A stretch of DNA of 62,447 bases, counting the filler, from Nemertoderma westbladi (Eukaryota > Animalia > Xenacoelomorpha): assembly GCA_032718475.1 (NCBI GenBank). It is 3 parts of 3 records of this genome, joined end to end, with 100 filler letters (N's around TTAATTAATTAA, not from the genome) between each part and the next. Parts side by side here need not be neighbours in the genome. Positions count along the whole stretch, not along the records: positions 1 to 21,681 come from JAUCBJ010002199.1; 2 more parts are not named here. One strand, written 5' to 3'. Position numbers and translations under genes: made by a program. The notes below the pieces were generated by a model that was given only the letters and a program-made list of their open reading frames with translations, did no database searches and was not told the origin of the DNA. Below are positions 1 through 14,520 of the stretch, one piece after another. Position 1 is the first letter of the stretch. Each line of letters starts with the position of its first letter.

Positions 1-272
1 AAATAAACTAATATTATAAACTAAGTAAATAAACTAATATTATAAACTAAGTAAATAAACGAATATTATAAACTAAGTAAATAAACTAATATTATAAACT
101 AAGTAAATAAACTAATATTATAAACTAAGTAAATAAACTAATATTATAAACTAAGTAAATAAACTAATATTATAAACTAAGTAAATAAACTAATATTATA
201 AACTAAGTAAATAAACTAATATTATAAACTAAGTAAATAAACTAATATTATAAACTAAGTAAATAAACTAAT
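1..272. repeat. 27-bp AT-rich tandem repeat (AAATAAACTAATATTATAAACTAAGTA), about 10 copies, truncated by window start
   Basis: Near-perfect 27-nt periodicity visible directly. Confidence 0.95.
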
Positions 273-721
273 GACATTACGTTCAAAGTAGTGCTCAGCC
301 CTAAGGCCATCAAAAAACAAAACAAACAAAATCGACATGAACAAAGAACAAAAATATTAAAACATGCTCAACATACAAGTATGTATCGCACCCTAACCCT
401 AACCTAACCGCCATACACTAAATCATACCGGTAGTATACTGCACAAATGCTAAGCCTATATTCTATAAGAAAACATATGACAATTTTGTTGCCGTGAAAA
501 GGGTAGGACTAGGGCAAAAATAATTAATTTGTGAAAAATATGGTTGCGTTTCGGTGTCTAATGAACTCTGTTACCACCTATACCAAACAGACATCAGACC
601 ACAGAACATTGGAACCCTATACAGTAAATAGATCAGTGATACATATAAATCAGATAAATCAATTTTGTTTGTGTTGTTTTTTGATGGCCTTAGGGCTGAG
701 CAATACTTTGGGCATAATGTC
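273..721. mobile_element. MITE with ~60-bp terminal inverted repeats (GACATTA...TAATGTC)
   Basis: 273-332 GACATTACGTTCAAAGTAGTGCTCAGCCCTAAGGCCATCAAAAAACAA... is the reverse complement of 662-721 with about 5 mismatches; internal CCCTAACCCTAACCTAACC at ~391. Confidence 0.8.
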
Positions 722-2035
722 CTGATTCTATGTTTTTTGTTAGTTTGGGGGGTATAAGACTCAAGATTTACCAATAGATTTTACTATATTTACCTGCATT
801 ACCTTGTATTATAATGATTATTATAATATAATTATTATAATTTTATTTTTTTACTTGCATATATTGTTTGCATTGTGTGCAGTATTAAAGTCAAGATTTA
901 CATTCCAAGTCTAGAGGACAACAGATCACAATGTAGTTGTCCATCAATATATAGAGGTGATGTTGGTACAGTTCCGAACGAGTACTTTACTTACAACGGA
1001 ACTGAAACTGAAACGTGATGTGGGGCGAGCCACGCAGTCAGGGCGAGTTAGCGCACAATTATAATTAGTAAATAGGGCAAAATTTAATCTCCGTCTGTCT
1101 GTCTGTCTGTCCTTCTGCAATAAAAATTCATTCGTGAATAACTTTTGAAGATTTTATCCATTTTTCAGCCGAATTTTGTAAGTGCATACTAAAGAAAAAG
1201 TTCCAATATTTCTGGAAGTTACGGGCAAACACCTCTCAAACTTTTGACTCCAGTTCAAATTTCCTATTTTATTATTTTGATTATTATTTTTCCTAAATTT
1301 TCTATTTTAATGCCCTGCCAAATAATAATATACAATTTTACAAAGTACGTAATAAATCCTACATTTATTTGTAACATAAATTTCTTATTCAGTTTTTTAT
1401 AAGCAATCGTCTGGTAATGTTGCAATTTTGGTACAAAACTATATTCATGTTTGATGCAAAGTGCTTTACGGCAGTGTTCAGATCTTCGTGGCCTTATCAC
1501 CGCTCACTCATTGCGTTTGATCGGGCAATTAACAATACGGATCAGAATTCTGTAAAGTGTTTAACTTTACACAGACAAGTATGTAAATTGTTATTAACAA
1601 GCGTGTGAAACATTTTCACTTTTAACACCATTAATATTTGTATCTTTTTATTTCGGTTTGATGTTTTTTTCGAGTTTTTAGCAATTTATTTATATCTACT
1701 ATATTATATAAAATATTATTGTTATTAACGTGGCACCTTAACTAAGTGTTGCTATGTCAACCGTATGTTCAGAGTCGATTAGGTGCTGATCCCCCAACTT
1801 TACATTATTTTATTTTAATTAATTGGAGAAATTAATTCGAAATTGAGAACTACTTCTTACTTGTGATAAATTATTATTGAATATTTCATAAACTTTTCCA
1901 TCATCGGGGGTATTTAATTTAAATTATTCACGAATGGGGGGGTGGGGGGGGGTTGTATGATGGTGCCTCTGTCTCAATTCTTATTCGATACAGTCCTCGT
2001 CTCCTTTACAAGTTTCGTTGCGCTCTTGCTGTAGC

Positions 2036-3705
2036 ACTACTAGGATCGACATGCTGCATTGCAGCCGCATTTTTAAGAATGCTGTGCCGGCTTGTCGACA
2101 AAATTGCTATCACCCATGACATTTGCTAGATCATCGGCATCTTCAAGGCCAGTGTCCTTTAAGATGCGTCTCGAGAAAGTCATGGGCTGTCCACCATGCT
2201 TATTCACTCCATGAGGCTGCCAAAGTACAAGATTATGCACTGGCTGGTCCTCACGGCGAAAGCAATGTCCTGCAAAGCGGAGGCGATTTTGTTCTAGTGT
2301 CAAGCTTGGGGGAACCAATGAGACAGCTCCAATGTTATATAGTGTCTGGTTGGAGATGTGTGCATTGTACTTGACACAATGAACCCGGCGTAGCATTCTT
2401 GTGAATGTGCCATCCAGAGATTTGGTGTCCTCAGCAGTTAGAGCCCAGCATTGACTCCCATAGAGGAGTACTGGAACTACTGCTGCTCTAAATAATCGGA
2501 TAATGGTAAGTTTTCGATTAATTCTCGGTGACTTCCAAATCCTGGAAAGCCTATTCAAGGCTGCCCATGCCTTTCCCTTACGTATTCGAAGGTCCTCACC
2601 TGACTAACGGATCCATGATCCAGGTAACAGAAGTCATCCACATGCTCAAGCATACCATCTTTTGAGCTTATGCTCATCCGATCAGAGACTTGCTGAGGAC
2701 TTTCAAAGTTAACTGTCAGAATTTTGGTCTTTCTGGAGTTAATAAAAAGACCAACACTAGAAGCAGCATGTTCTAATGAGCTGAGGAGCCGTTGGGCTCC
2801 CTCTAGTGATTCTGAGAGTACCCCTAGTCATCAGCAAAGTCTAGATCAGTTAGGTACTTGGCAGGATTTCCTCGAGTTCTGGAGCCAGTAGTTGGAGTTA
2901 CCATCACCCCATCATCATTTTGATCGTCTCCTTGGAGGAATCCCCATAATACTTCTAATGGTTCTGTGTCACCATCAATAGTAGACACAAATGTTGTCGA
3001 ACCATCGTATACTGATCTGATTGCTGCAATAATTTCATCAGGAATCCCATATAATGAAAGTATGCTGAACATACGTGAGCGAGAGACTGAATCAAAGATC
3101 TACAAGGATAAGACAACAAAGATAACAGCCAGATGCCTGTCTTTTTTTTGATAACTCTTCAATTATCCTTCTAAGTGCCAAAATGGGCTCCATGGTCCCA
3201 CGACCTTTACGGAACCCATTCTGATTTCCACGGAGCAGTCTCTCAATGGGATACTTGATGCGATTTAATAGAATCCTATTGTATAGCTTTGCAGCAATCG
3301 AGATCAATGAGATTCCCCGAAAAAAATCATAGAGTGTTAGGTTGCCCTTCTTGGGAACTTGCCCCAACTTAATTGTTTTCATTTCTTGTGGGACTCTTGT
3401 TGTTCGGTACATGTCTACTATGATGGGATAGATGAGCTTTAAACACTCAGGTATTTTAAAGACCTCAGGGGGAACAACATCTACTCCACAGCCACGATTG
3501 GTCTTAATGCTCTTTGCAGCAGCCTTCACTTCTGCAAAGGAGATTTTGCCAATGGGAAAATCTGGGAGTACAGACTCAGTCACTTTTACTTCTATAAAAT
3601 TATCAGGCAATACCCTGTCATTATTTAGGAGCTTTTCAAAGTGGACCTTCCAACCATTGATACGATCGGCTGGTGATTCTGCCTTAACCTTGATGGTTGG
3701 TTTGT
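2036..3705 (-). mobile_element. RTE-clade LINE, 5'-truncated and frameshifted RT/3' region (copy 1)
   Basis: ORF fragments with RGISLISIAAKLYNRILL, QNGFRKGR, QGD, LDFADD, VLLYGSQCW, RLRFAGHCFRR; (TAG)n-like tail near 2036. Confidence 0.92.
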
Positions 3706-5764
3706 ACCCTTTAACCGTGGTGGTAGCTCTTGCTGTACCTGAGTATGATCGAAAGCATACATAGTGCCCGCGCAGCTCCCTGTTACTCATAAAAATTACA
3801 TATCATTCAATTTGCTAAACAGGATTGTTTAGGAGGATTTAGCGCATAAAGCCGAATGTCGACAACTACAACAACAAAATATTCTTCCAATAACAACTGT
3901 TCCGAGATTCGAATATGTTACGAATCTTACGGAAGCGAGTTTTTACGATCTTTGTTTAAGAAAAGAGCTAACTATGGTCTACACCACAAATAGAATACAC
4001 AAAAATACGATAGACTACACCACAGAAATAGATAGGTACGTATACAACTAGGTCTACATGTCTTTTTCAGGTTTAGGTACAGGATGCAGATGAAATAAAG
4101 GATTTCTGCAAGAACGTTCAGCGGAAAGTTCAGACCAAAACAAACGTTGAACCCAACAATGCAACAGAAAAAACTGTCAGTAAATCCCTCAGATATTCGT
4201 AAACTTTTAATGTTGGTAAAACGAGTGATATGAGTGATCACTGCTCCTTTATTGACTGATTTTACACAATAATTTTAAATAGTGATTCATGGCTTGGGAC
4301 ATCTCCGACAGAGAGTCTAAACCATCAAGTAGGACTCAGACCACCAGGTAAAGAAACAGATATATACCCTAGTCTACCTAGCCGCTTCCTACCGGTTGTG
4401 GTACCATTCCTCATTAATTACAATTATTTGAGTAATTTATAATACTTTAATCGTAAATTCCGTCTGTATATTACGGCGATCTATGTAATATATAATTTTA
4501 TGTGACGGTTGAAAAAAATTTAGTGTCCAAAGCGGGTTTATCTTCCATTTGGTTCGGAGTATTCGATTTTGGAATTAATGAAAAACACATTATTCATAAA
4601 TATTTCAGATTTTCTAATTCAATTAGGTACTCCATGGCATAGTGTCTTTCCGAGATTATAGGCGTATATATGTCCATGCATTTTATTTATCAAAGTTCTA
4701 AATTATAATACTATGTCAATAGTTAATGACCGAACCCAATTAATTATCAGCTTGTAATGTAATTACCGATAGGTACTCGGTACAACCAGTATTCCCACGA
4801 CCATAATAATTTTTCGCTCTTTTATAGAGTTTAAAATTACCTACTCTAGCCAACATTACAGTAGCTAAAAGTTCCTGCTGTGACGTTTTGAACGTATAAA
4901 TATATAAAGACTGGTGGTAATCATTGACTAGTTAGTCCTAAGCGTACTTGACATAACTCCAGTAGAGGTAGGTGCTTTTCCACTTTACCCCACACACAGT
5001 TTGTCTGTCTTCTAAAGCTTCATGTAATAATACAAGTGGCAGACAGTTTTAATAAATGGTGTTACCGAAATTACTTCTGCTCTTAGTTAATCATTGTTAT
5101 ACCGACGCGAATCATAAATTAAACTTTTAACTTATAAGTATATTATTTAACAAGTTTAAGCCTCTTTCCAATGATTTTCCAGACCATATTATTAAGTCTG
5201 GTGTATCAAAATCATAAAGCTACTCGGTGACTCAGTTCTTTAATTTATTATTCTATTTTTCACTTTTCTAGTTTCACTATAAGTAAAGTATTGCAATGTT
5301 TTTGTATTATTTGTTAAAGTTTAATTACTTATTAAGTTATTTATACATGGTTCATATATGCTTTATATTTCAAACGGCCGCGAATAGTGCTGCAAACAAA
5401 CAACACAGGATGGATTCAGATCAGTTGTACCAAGTTTTCTTAGAACACAATTGTACACTTTTCATATCGAAGTTTGAAAATTTTGTATTTAAATTGTATT
5501 AATGAAATACAATTACAAAGTAATGTTGATTAATGTTCATTAAGCCAATTAGGTGGTGACCTATAAATTCCTTCCAGAATCATAATCAGTGTACAATTTT
5601 AGAATTGTAAATTTATTTTCTAGATTGACCTCTTTTTCCAATCATTGAAATGTGGAGATTAATCAATTGACTGACTCTGAAATGTTAGAAACTTAATGAT
5701 GATTAATGATGATGATGTTGATTGGCTTGCACTACTGTGCAGTTCAGGCGTAACACATCAGAAT

Positions 5765-6640
5765 AGCGCGGCGTAGATCTCACGCTCACGGTCAGCCGTA
5801 CACAGTGCCGGCGGACCCAGCAACAAAGCGTCGCATAGAGCCTGTGTCGGCCAGACACAGTACCGGCAGACCCAGCAACATAGCACCCCCAGATCTCGCG
5901 GTCAGCCATATGTCTACACAGTGCCGGTGGAGCCAGCAACATAGCGCCATGTAGATCTCGCGGTCAGCCGTACACAGTGCTGGTGGACCCAGCAACATAG
6001 TGCCGCATAGATCTCGCGGTCAGCCATAAGCCTACACAGTTCCAGCAGACCCAGCAACATGGCGCCGCATATATCTCATGTTAGTTGTACACAGTTCCAG
6101 CGGACCCAGCAACATAGCACCGCATAGATCTCGCAGGCAGCTGTGGCCTACACAGTGCTGGTGGATCCATCAACATAGTGCCACATAGTTCTCGTGGTCA
6201 GCTGTAGGCCTACACAGTGCCGGTGGAACCAACACATAGTGCTGAGTAGATCTCACAGTCAGCTGTACACAGTGATGGCGGAGGGAGCAGCATAGTACCG
6301 CATAGATCGCACAGTGCCGGTGGACCCAGCAACATAACGCAGTGTAGATCTCATGGACAGCCGTACACTGTGCCGACGGAACCAGCAACATAGTACCACA
6401 TAGTTCTCGTGGTCAGCCATAGGCCTATACAGTGCCGGTGGACCCAACAACATAGCACCGTGTAGATCTCGCAGTATGCCGTAGCCGTAGGCCTACTCAG
6501 TGCCGGCACAGCCAGCAACATAGCGCCGAGTAGATCTCACAGTCAGCCGTAGACATACACAGTGCCAGCGGACCCAGCAACATAGCACTGCATAGATCTC
6601 ACAGTCAGCCATACACAGTACTGGCGGACCCAGCAACTGT
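5765..6640. repeat. Diverged GC-rich minisatellite, ~56/62-bp unit (GGACCCAGCAACATAGCGCCGCATAGATCTCGCGGTCAGCCGTACACAGTGCCGGC), about 14 copies
   Basis: Recurring CCCAGCAACATAG / AGATCTCGC / ACACAGTGCC motifs; the short ORFs cycle through frames, so non-coding. Confidence 0.9.
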
Positions 6641-8507
6641 ATAAAAGGTATAACCGAATAACTTTGCACAAGCAAAGAGAGTACATGGTGATTCCATAAT
6701 TACTGTTGATAAAGACTTGTCAGGTTCTTGTTAATCTACACAACGTTTTGTCTCTGGTGTCTGAACCACTAAGCCATGTAAGGGAAACTTGGCAACGTTT
6801 CTCACGGTATTATTCACAGTACGGCAGTTTTCCCACACATGAATCCCTCCCCCTATGGTCTCTTTTGTTCATTCACGAAAATGTTTAAATACCGTTTCCT
6901 GAATTTTAATTTCTCTAATTGACATTGAGGAATTACATAGCGACTCCAGGCAGTGCCACTTGTCAAGAAAATAATATTATCAGGATACATCTGAGAAGGA
7001 AAGAAGATCTAAGTTAAATCTCTGTATATGATGCGGTATGTTTGTAAGTGGAACAGCGTGTTTGTATCTTATACCAGTCTGCTAGACTGTGGGAATTGTG
7101 TGTGGCAGATGAAAGGATTTGATTTACATTGTCAGCTGGGGTCTTAGCGATGGTCTACATGGATGCCTGTGGTATTATTGACGAACGCACAGCAGTTGTT
7201 CAGGAGTATAGGATTATATCATTAACCAGAGGACATTCCGCCGTGGGAAGCTATACCGGTACCAATCACAACTTATCAACATGTCTATAAATAAACAGTT
7301 TTGATTGTCGAACTTTATTCAGTTTTTTTCGTTTTTTTCGTATTTTATTTTTTATTTTTAATATATAAATTTTTCTCTGTTTTATCATATGTTGTGCATA
7401 TTTAGATATTATTATAAACACAATAGGCCTACATCCTGTATGTATAATCTATTCATACAGGTTGAGGGGATACATCCGATAAATACACTCCAATACTAAC
7501 TACCGGTAACATATTTGATCTCCACGCACTACTATAGACGATACCCACGCGTTCTGTCTCAGTACCCAATACCAACAAAAAATCAGTAGGATACAGAACA
7601 TAGGCCTATATTGTATAAGGCAGGTACTGCTATACCACACACCACATCAACTACCACCCAGCAATCCACCACATACAGTATGGTATCGGTAATAAACGAA
7701 TCCGAATCCATCATGTGTGGCCCAACGTTGCGTTGGCATCCATGAAATAATTACAATTACCAAAATACAATTCATAGAAATCAGTCAATTTGTAGTTCTG
7801 CAAAATAAAGTCGTTCCCACGCCCAATAATAACTTGTGTTTCAGTATCCCATAAAGTGAATGAGTGCCATAATATATATTACCTTCATTGTGCATTTATT
7901 AGTCTGCGTATCTTATCCCCTCTTGTCGAAGAGGCCTAAGCTAGAACAATACAGTGGGGGAACCTATAAATTTCAGATTTGCACAGCTACTTGCACAGTT
8001 ACAGCCATTGTCGTAATGGTGAATAACTATGTATACAGCACCGGTATCTTTTCATTATACAGTATTATATATTCCCTAGCTAGGGTGCCTTCTATTAAGT
8101 TTTTTTAAACGGGTATTTATTGGCCGTTTTGTTTGTTGAATCATGACCAAGCATCACTCTGCATGTATTGCTATTAAACAGAATACTGTAGATCAATCGC
8201 GCGATCCCAATAACAGGTTTCAATTCAGTTAAGTTCAGTGAAAGTTAGTCGTCATCAGCAATTCACTTCAGTTTAGTAACATTCAGTTCAGTATGTTCTT
8301 TGTTTATTTAACAAACATTACATTTGCACCCAATTTAGTGCGGGTCGGTTCATAAGGTCGGTTCACTTAAGTTTGACAACTTGTTTCAGTTAACAATGTT
8401 CATCAGTAAAATTGTAAAGATTAAATAAACACAGCCAGCAGAAATAGAGAAATTAAAAAACATGCTTTTTATAGTTTTAGTAGGACACGTCATAGCAAAG
8501 TCGGCAT

Positions 8508-8582
8508 TGACTTCCAGGTGGGGCCGAACTGGTGACCTCCAGGTTGGGAGTCTGGCGCTCTAACCATTTTCCATAACAGCTC
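8508..8582 (-). pseudogene. tRNA-like sequence (probable SINE head or tRNA pseudogene)
   Basis: Reverse complement has A-box-like TGGAAAATGGTTAGAGCG, anticodon-like arm CCAGA-CTCCCAA-CCTGG and B-box-like AGTTCGGCCCC; acceptor stem does not pair. Confidence 0.45.
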
Positions 8583-9440
8583 AAATAAAAGTAGAATTAG
8601 AAGTATACTTTATGACATCTTGGTTGTCTAACATTTGCGCTCCATCTGCCAATGCCATTTCTCTGCAGCCACTTTGCTCAACTTTAATTTCCAAGACTTC
8701 TTATCCACTCAGCTACAATGAAAGGGAAGTAAGTGTATTTTGTCAACCGGTCAATTGATTTACTCATTATTAAATACTACCCTATTTTATAATTTGACAC
8801 CGGAAATAGGTTTATATTGATATAGGATTACGTCTCACAACCATATCGAAGGGTATATTTTAATTTAAAGATCACCTCAGTCACCTTTAGCTAAATACCC
8901 TAAAAATAATTATGATTTGGGTATCCTTAACTATGGAGAGGAGACATTATTTACCCACACTGAGCTTATTACTGGTTCGACAACATGTACTGAATAGAAA
9001 CATTTACAATATAAATAGGTACCTCATTGTTTACTTGTTACTCGCAGTTATTGTCTCTTACAATTGAACCAGTGATAGCGACGGCATTTCAACCCCAATC
9101 ATTACTAACCCTCGATTGAACGCCCTTCTGTCTGCTAGGCCGACTGAGCAACACAAAAACTTGGCCCTCCATATCAATTGCTCATTTATTGTCCAATTGG
9201 CTGTCGCAATAATCTGGGATATGTTGGTTTATATAAAAACAAGTTGTTCTGTTGCTCTTTGAAACGAACTATCTTAAACTCGTTGTTATAATTCTAAACC
9301 TGGTGAGTTAAGTTACTGTAAATACTACTTCGTAGAAAATCAGTTAAAAAAAGGATTTACTGCAAATTTTCATACATAAGATAATACATTTAAGGCTAGT
9401 CATTCAAACCAAGTAGGCCTACATAACATAGGGATTTAAT

Positions 9441-10987
9441 CAGTGCGGATTAACCTTAAGGCATATAAGGCACGTGCCTTAGGGCCAGCCGAAAATACGG
9501 GACATTTATTCTCAGCGAGTCATTCCTGTGAAAAATATATTTTTATCTGAAAAAGCCACATTTTTTCTCACTAAAATTTGTTGAAAAAAGAGCAAGAAAG
9601 TGCAACTTTCGACTACTTTCTAGTTTCTATCACTAAATTTGTGATAGAAAAGTACAAAATTCGTGCTCAGTCGACCGACAGGTGCTGTGTTATTATTTAC
9701 TGGGTTCGAGACCAGGCGGTAGTGGCACAATATTTAGATATTTAAATTTCATCATTATTATTAATGTAATTTGTAGATTTATAAAAAGTTATGAAATAAT
9801 TTTACGGGAAACTCGTTTTATAAATATAGACCCTAATAGATAAAATAAAGGATAAATTAGTAGTCGATAAAAAAATGTGTCAGAAATAACTTCTTGTCAC
9901 TAATTTAATTTAACCTAAATTCAGATGTTCTGCTCTCGTGTATTGAATTTTGCACTCAATGGCATTTTAACTGCCAATTCCTGCAAAACCTAAAACTCTT
10001 GGACAGCATAATTGAATTTCAGTATATTAAAATTAGTGACAAAAAGTGCTCCTTTCCGGGACTTTTTTCTTATTACATTACTTTATCAGATAGTCCAAAT
10101 CTAGATCAGAAATATTATATCTTTGCACAAGCCCACACTTTTACTGTGTAAGGATGTTACATTTATCAGCAAGTCCTGTAAAGATAAGTAAAAGTACCCT
10201 GCGAAACCTACGGTACAGCAAATAAATAACACATTCCCTCGGTCCGATCAAAATTAAGGCCTAACAGCTCTTTTCAACAACATAATATGCTGATATTCAT
10301 GGACATTCACCGGACGCAATAAAAATTCATCCCTCTCCAGGGGAAATTCGACGCAAATAACAGCTGTTTACTCTTAAAAATAAAACTGTAACCTGTTCTA
10401 TTGTGTTTAGTTTATTGTTTTGGTTAAAATAATGTGCCACTGTAACCTGCTCATTTCCCTAAATTGAGAATTTAACATTGAGGCGGGATATTAATTCGCC
10501 AAGGCGGGTTTTGCGTCGAGTAACTATTACAAAATATTTGATTCCAAAAATATAGCCCGGACATATTGAAACCCCCATAAATGTTTAAAAAACAGTAATT
10601 TTGTGGTAAAATTTTCATAGAAGATAACCTACATATCTAGGTCCATTTTACCAAAGTCTTGGACCAAGAACTTCAACCCAGGTGGTAGGCCTATTACAGA
10701 TCCATCAACATGAGGTAATTTACATAAATGCCTTAAAATTTATACAATTTTTGAAAAAACCGACCTGAAAACTAATTTTACAGAGTATTTACTTCACAGT
10801 GTTCTAATTATGTTAGCTTATCCAACGAAAATACTTTATATTTCTTTCCCAACATGTTCACTATTTCTATTGTTTTAGCAGCTTTTTCTTTTAAAAGGGT
10901 TTAGTGGAAAAAATATCAATTTTCGGGCTATTTGCTAAAAATTGCTAAAATGTGCCTTAGGGCCGCCAGAGGCTTAATCCGGCACTG
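9441..10987. mobile_element. Non-autonomous DNA transposon, hAT-like termini
   Basis: TIRs CAGTGC-GGATTAA / TTAATCCGGCACTG; subterminal TGCCTTAGGGCC near both ends; no clean 8-bp TSD; no transposase ORF. Confidence 0.7.
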
Positions 10988-10997
10988 AATAACAATG

Positions 10998-13205
10998 GTC
11001 ATATATACAAACATACGGTTTCAATTCATGGAGTCATACATACAAACATAAGGATTTAATACAAAGTGTCATACATACAAACATACGGATTTATTTCAAA
11101 GTGTCATACATACAAACATACGGATTTAATACGATTGATACATACAAACAAACATACGGATTTAATACAAAGTGTCATACATACAAACATACGGATTTAA
11201 TACGAGTCATATATACAAACATACGGATTTAATACGAGTCATACATACAAATATACGGATTTAATACAAAGTTTCATACATACAAACATACGGATTTAAT
11301 ACGTAGAGTCATACATACAAACATACGGATTTAATACGAGTCATACATACAAACATACGGATTTAATACGAGTTATACATACAAACATACGGATTTAATA
11401 CGAGTCATACATACAAACATACGGATTTAATACGAGTCATATATACAAACATACGGATTTAATACGAGTCATACATACAAATATACGGATTTAATACAAA
11501 GTTTCATACATACAAACATACGGATTTAATACGTAGAGTCATACATACAAACATACGGATTTAATACGAGTCATACATACAAACATACGGACTTAATACG
11601 AGTCATATATACAAACATACGGATTTAATACGAGTCATACATACAAATATACGGATTTAATACAAAGTTTCATACATACAAACATACGGATTTAATACGT
11701 AGAGTCATACATACAAACATACGGATTTAATACGAGTCATACATACAAACATACGGATTTAATACGAGTTATACATACAAACATACGGATTTAATACGAG
11801 TCATACATACAAACATACGGATTTAATACGAGTCATATATACAAACATACGGATTTAATACGAGTCATACATACAAATATACGGATTTAATACAAAGTTT
11901 CATACATACAAACATACGGATTTAATACGTAGAGTCATACATACAAACATACGGATTTAATACGAGTCATACATACAAACATACGGATTTAATACGAGTC
12001 ATACATACAAACATACGGATTTAATACGATTGATACATACAAACATACGGATTTAATAATTGATACATTCAAACATAAGGATTTAATACAAAGTGTCATA
12101 CATACAAACATACGGATTTAATACAAAGAGTCATACATACAAACATACGGATTTAATACGAGTCAAGCAAACAAACATACGGATTTAATAATTGATACAT
12201 TCAAACATAAGGATTTAATACAAAGTGCCGTACATACTAACATACGGATTTAATACAAAGAGTCATACATACAAACAACATACGGATTTAATACAAAGAG
12301 TCATACATATAAACATAAGGATTTAATACGAGTCATGCATACAAACATAAGGATTTAATACGAGTCATACATACAAACATACGGATTTAATACGAGTCAT
12401 ACATACAAACATACGGATTTAATACGAGTCATACATACAAACATACGGATTTAATAATTGATACATTCAAACATAAGGATTTAATACAAAGTGTCATACA
12501 TACTAACATACGGATTTAATACGAGGCATACATACAAATATACGGATTTAATACAAAGTGTCATACATACAAACATACGGATTTAATACAAAGAGTCATA
12601 CATACAAACATACGGATTTAATACGAGTCATGCATACAAACATACGGATTTAATACGAGTCATACATACAAACATACGGATTTAATAAGAGTCATGCATA
12701 CAAACATACGGATTTAATACGAGTCATGCATACAAACGTACGGATTTAATACGAAGAGTCATACATACAAACATATGGATTTAATACGAAGAGTCATTCA
12801 TACAAACATACGGATTTAATACGAAGAGTCATACATACAAACATATGGATTTAAAACAGAAAGAGTCATACATACAAACATACGGATTTAATACACAAAG
12901 AGTCATACATACAAACATACGTATTTAATACGAGACATACATACAAACATACGGATTTAATACGAGTCATACATACAAACATACGGATTTAATGCAAGTC
13001 ATACATACAAACATACGGTTTTAATACGAGTCATGCATACAAATATACGGATTTAATACAAAGTGTCATAAATACAAACATACGGATTTAATTTTAATAC
13101 AAAGAGTCATACATACACACATACGGATTTAATACGAAGAGTCATACATACAAACATACGGATGTAATACAAATTGTAAATCATACATGCAAACATACTG
13201 ATCTA
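10998..13205. repeat. 32-bp satellite (GAGTCATACATACAAACATACGGATTTAATAC) with 34-35-bp variants, roughly 65-70 copies
   Basis: Direct periodicity; variant units recur in blocks. Confidence 0.97.
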
Positions 13206-13233
13206 ATAACATAGTCAGTCATACAGAGAAAAA

Positions 13234-14520
13234 GTGTCCTTTAAGATGCGTCTTAAGAAAGTCATGGGCTGTTTACCATGCTTATTCACTCCATGAGGGC
13301 GGCAAAGCACAGGATTATGCACTGGCTGGTCCTCACGGCGAAAGCAATGTCCAGTAAAGCGGAGGCGGTTCCGTTCAACTGTCAAGCTGGGAGAGACTAA
13401 TAAAATACATCCAATGTTGTATAGACTCCCATATAAGAGTACTGGTACTACTGCTGCCATAAATAATCGAACCTTGAGGTTCCGTTTTATTGTATGGGAC
13501 TTCATTGTTGCCCATGCCTTATCCTTACGTATCCGAAGTTGTTCACTGGACTTCCGCATCCATGATCCCAAGTAGCAGAAGTCATCCACGTGCTCAAGCA
13601 TGCCATCCCCGGAGATCTTCCCATTACGATCAGACATTACTTGAGGGGCTGTCTAGGTTGACTGTCATAATTTTGGTCTTTTTGGAATTTACAAAAAGAC
13701 CAACACTAGAAGCAACCTGCTCCAATGAGCAGAGGAGCCTTTGGGCTCCTTCTTGTGATGCTGACAGTACCCCTAAGTGATTAAAAAGTATAGATCAGTA
13801 AGGTACTTTGCTGGGTTTCCTGTACTTCTTGTGCAGCAAAGAGTTTTACTATGACCCCATCTTTGTGAGATGGTCTAAGGACATGCGTAGAACATAATCG
13901 ACCACAATTATGAATAAGAATGGTGGAAGTGTGTCATGTCACCCTGAAAGACCACATGAGACTTCAAATGGATCTGTGCCACCATCAGCAGTAGATACAA
14001 ATGTGGTGGAACCATCGTACAGTCATTTGATAACTGCAATATTTTCCTCAGGGGTCCCATATGCTGCAAGTATGCTGAACATACGTGGTCGAGTGACTGA
14101 GTCGAATGCTTTAAAGAAGCCAACAAAGATAATAATAGCCAGTTGTCTGTCTTTCTTTACTGACAACTCTTCGAATATCCTAGATAGAAGGAGGATCTCG
14201 AATAGGCTCCATGGTTCCACGACCTTTACGGAACCCATTTTGGTTCCCACGAAACAGTCTCTGATACCTGATACAATTTAATATAATTATGTTGTATGGC
14301 TTTGCAGACGAAATTCTACGAAAAGATCCTGTCATTGTTTGGGTCGTTGGGATCCTCTTAAAGTCGGCTTCCTACCATTGGGGCGTGCACCTTCAGCGTT
14401 AACCTTGGCAGTTGGTTGGCTTTTCCTCACGGAGGGCTGGTTTATTGATTGCCATCCCTGCGCTGATTTCCTGCTATCATCGGCATTGTTAATGGCATCA
14501 ACCTGCTGATTGATAAGCTC
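13234..14520 (-). mobile_element. RTE-clade LINE fragment (copy 2, more diverged)
   Basis: FKAFDSVTR, DDFCYLGSW, VLLYGS, RLRFTGHCFRR; alignable to copy 1. Confidence 0.9.

Noticed and set aside
4070-4200. Possible isolated exon after TTTTTCAG
   Set aside because: No recognisable homology and no partner exons identified
5703-6675. Cys-rich short ORFs
   Set aside because: Minisatellite with a unit that is not a multiple of 3; no stable frame
9080-9725. tRNA genes (A/B-box-like strings at ~9085-9150 minus and ~9662-9715 plus)
   Set aside because: No cloverleaf can be formed; at most decayed SINE heads
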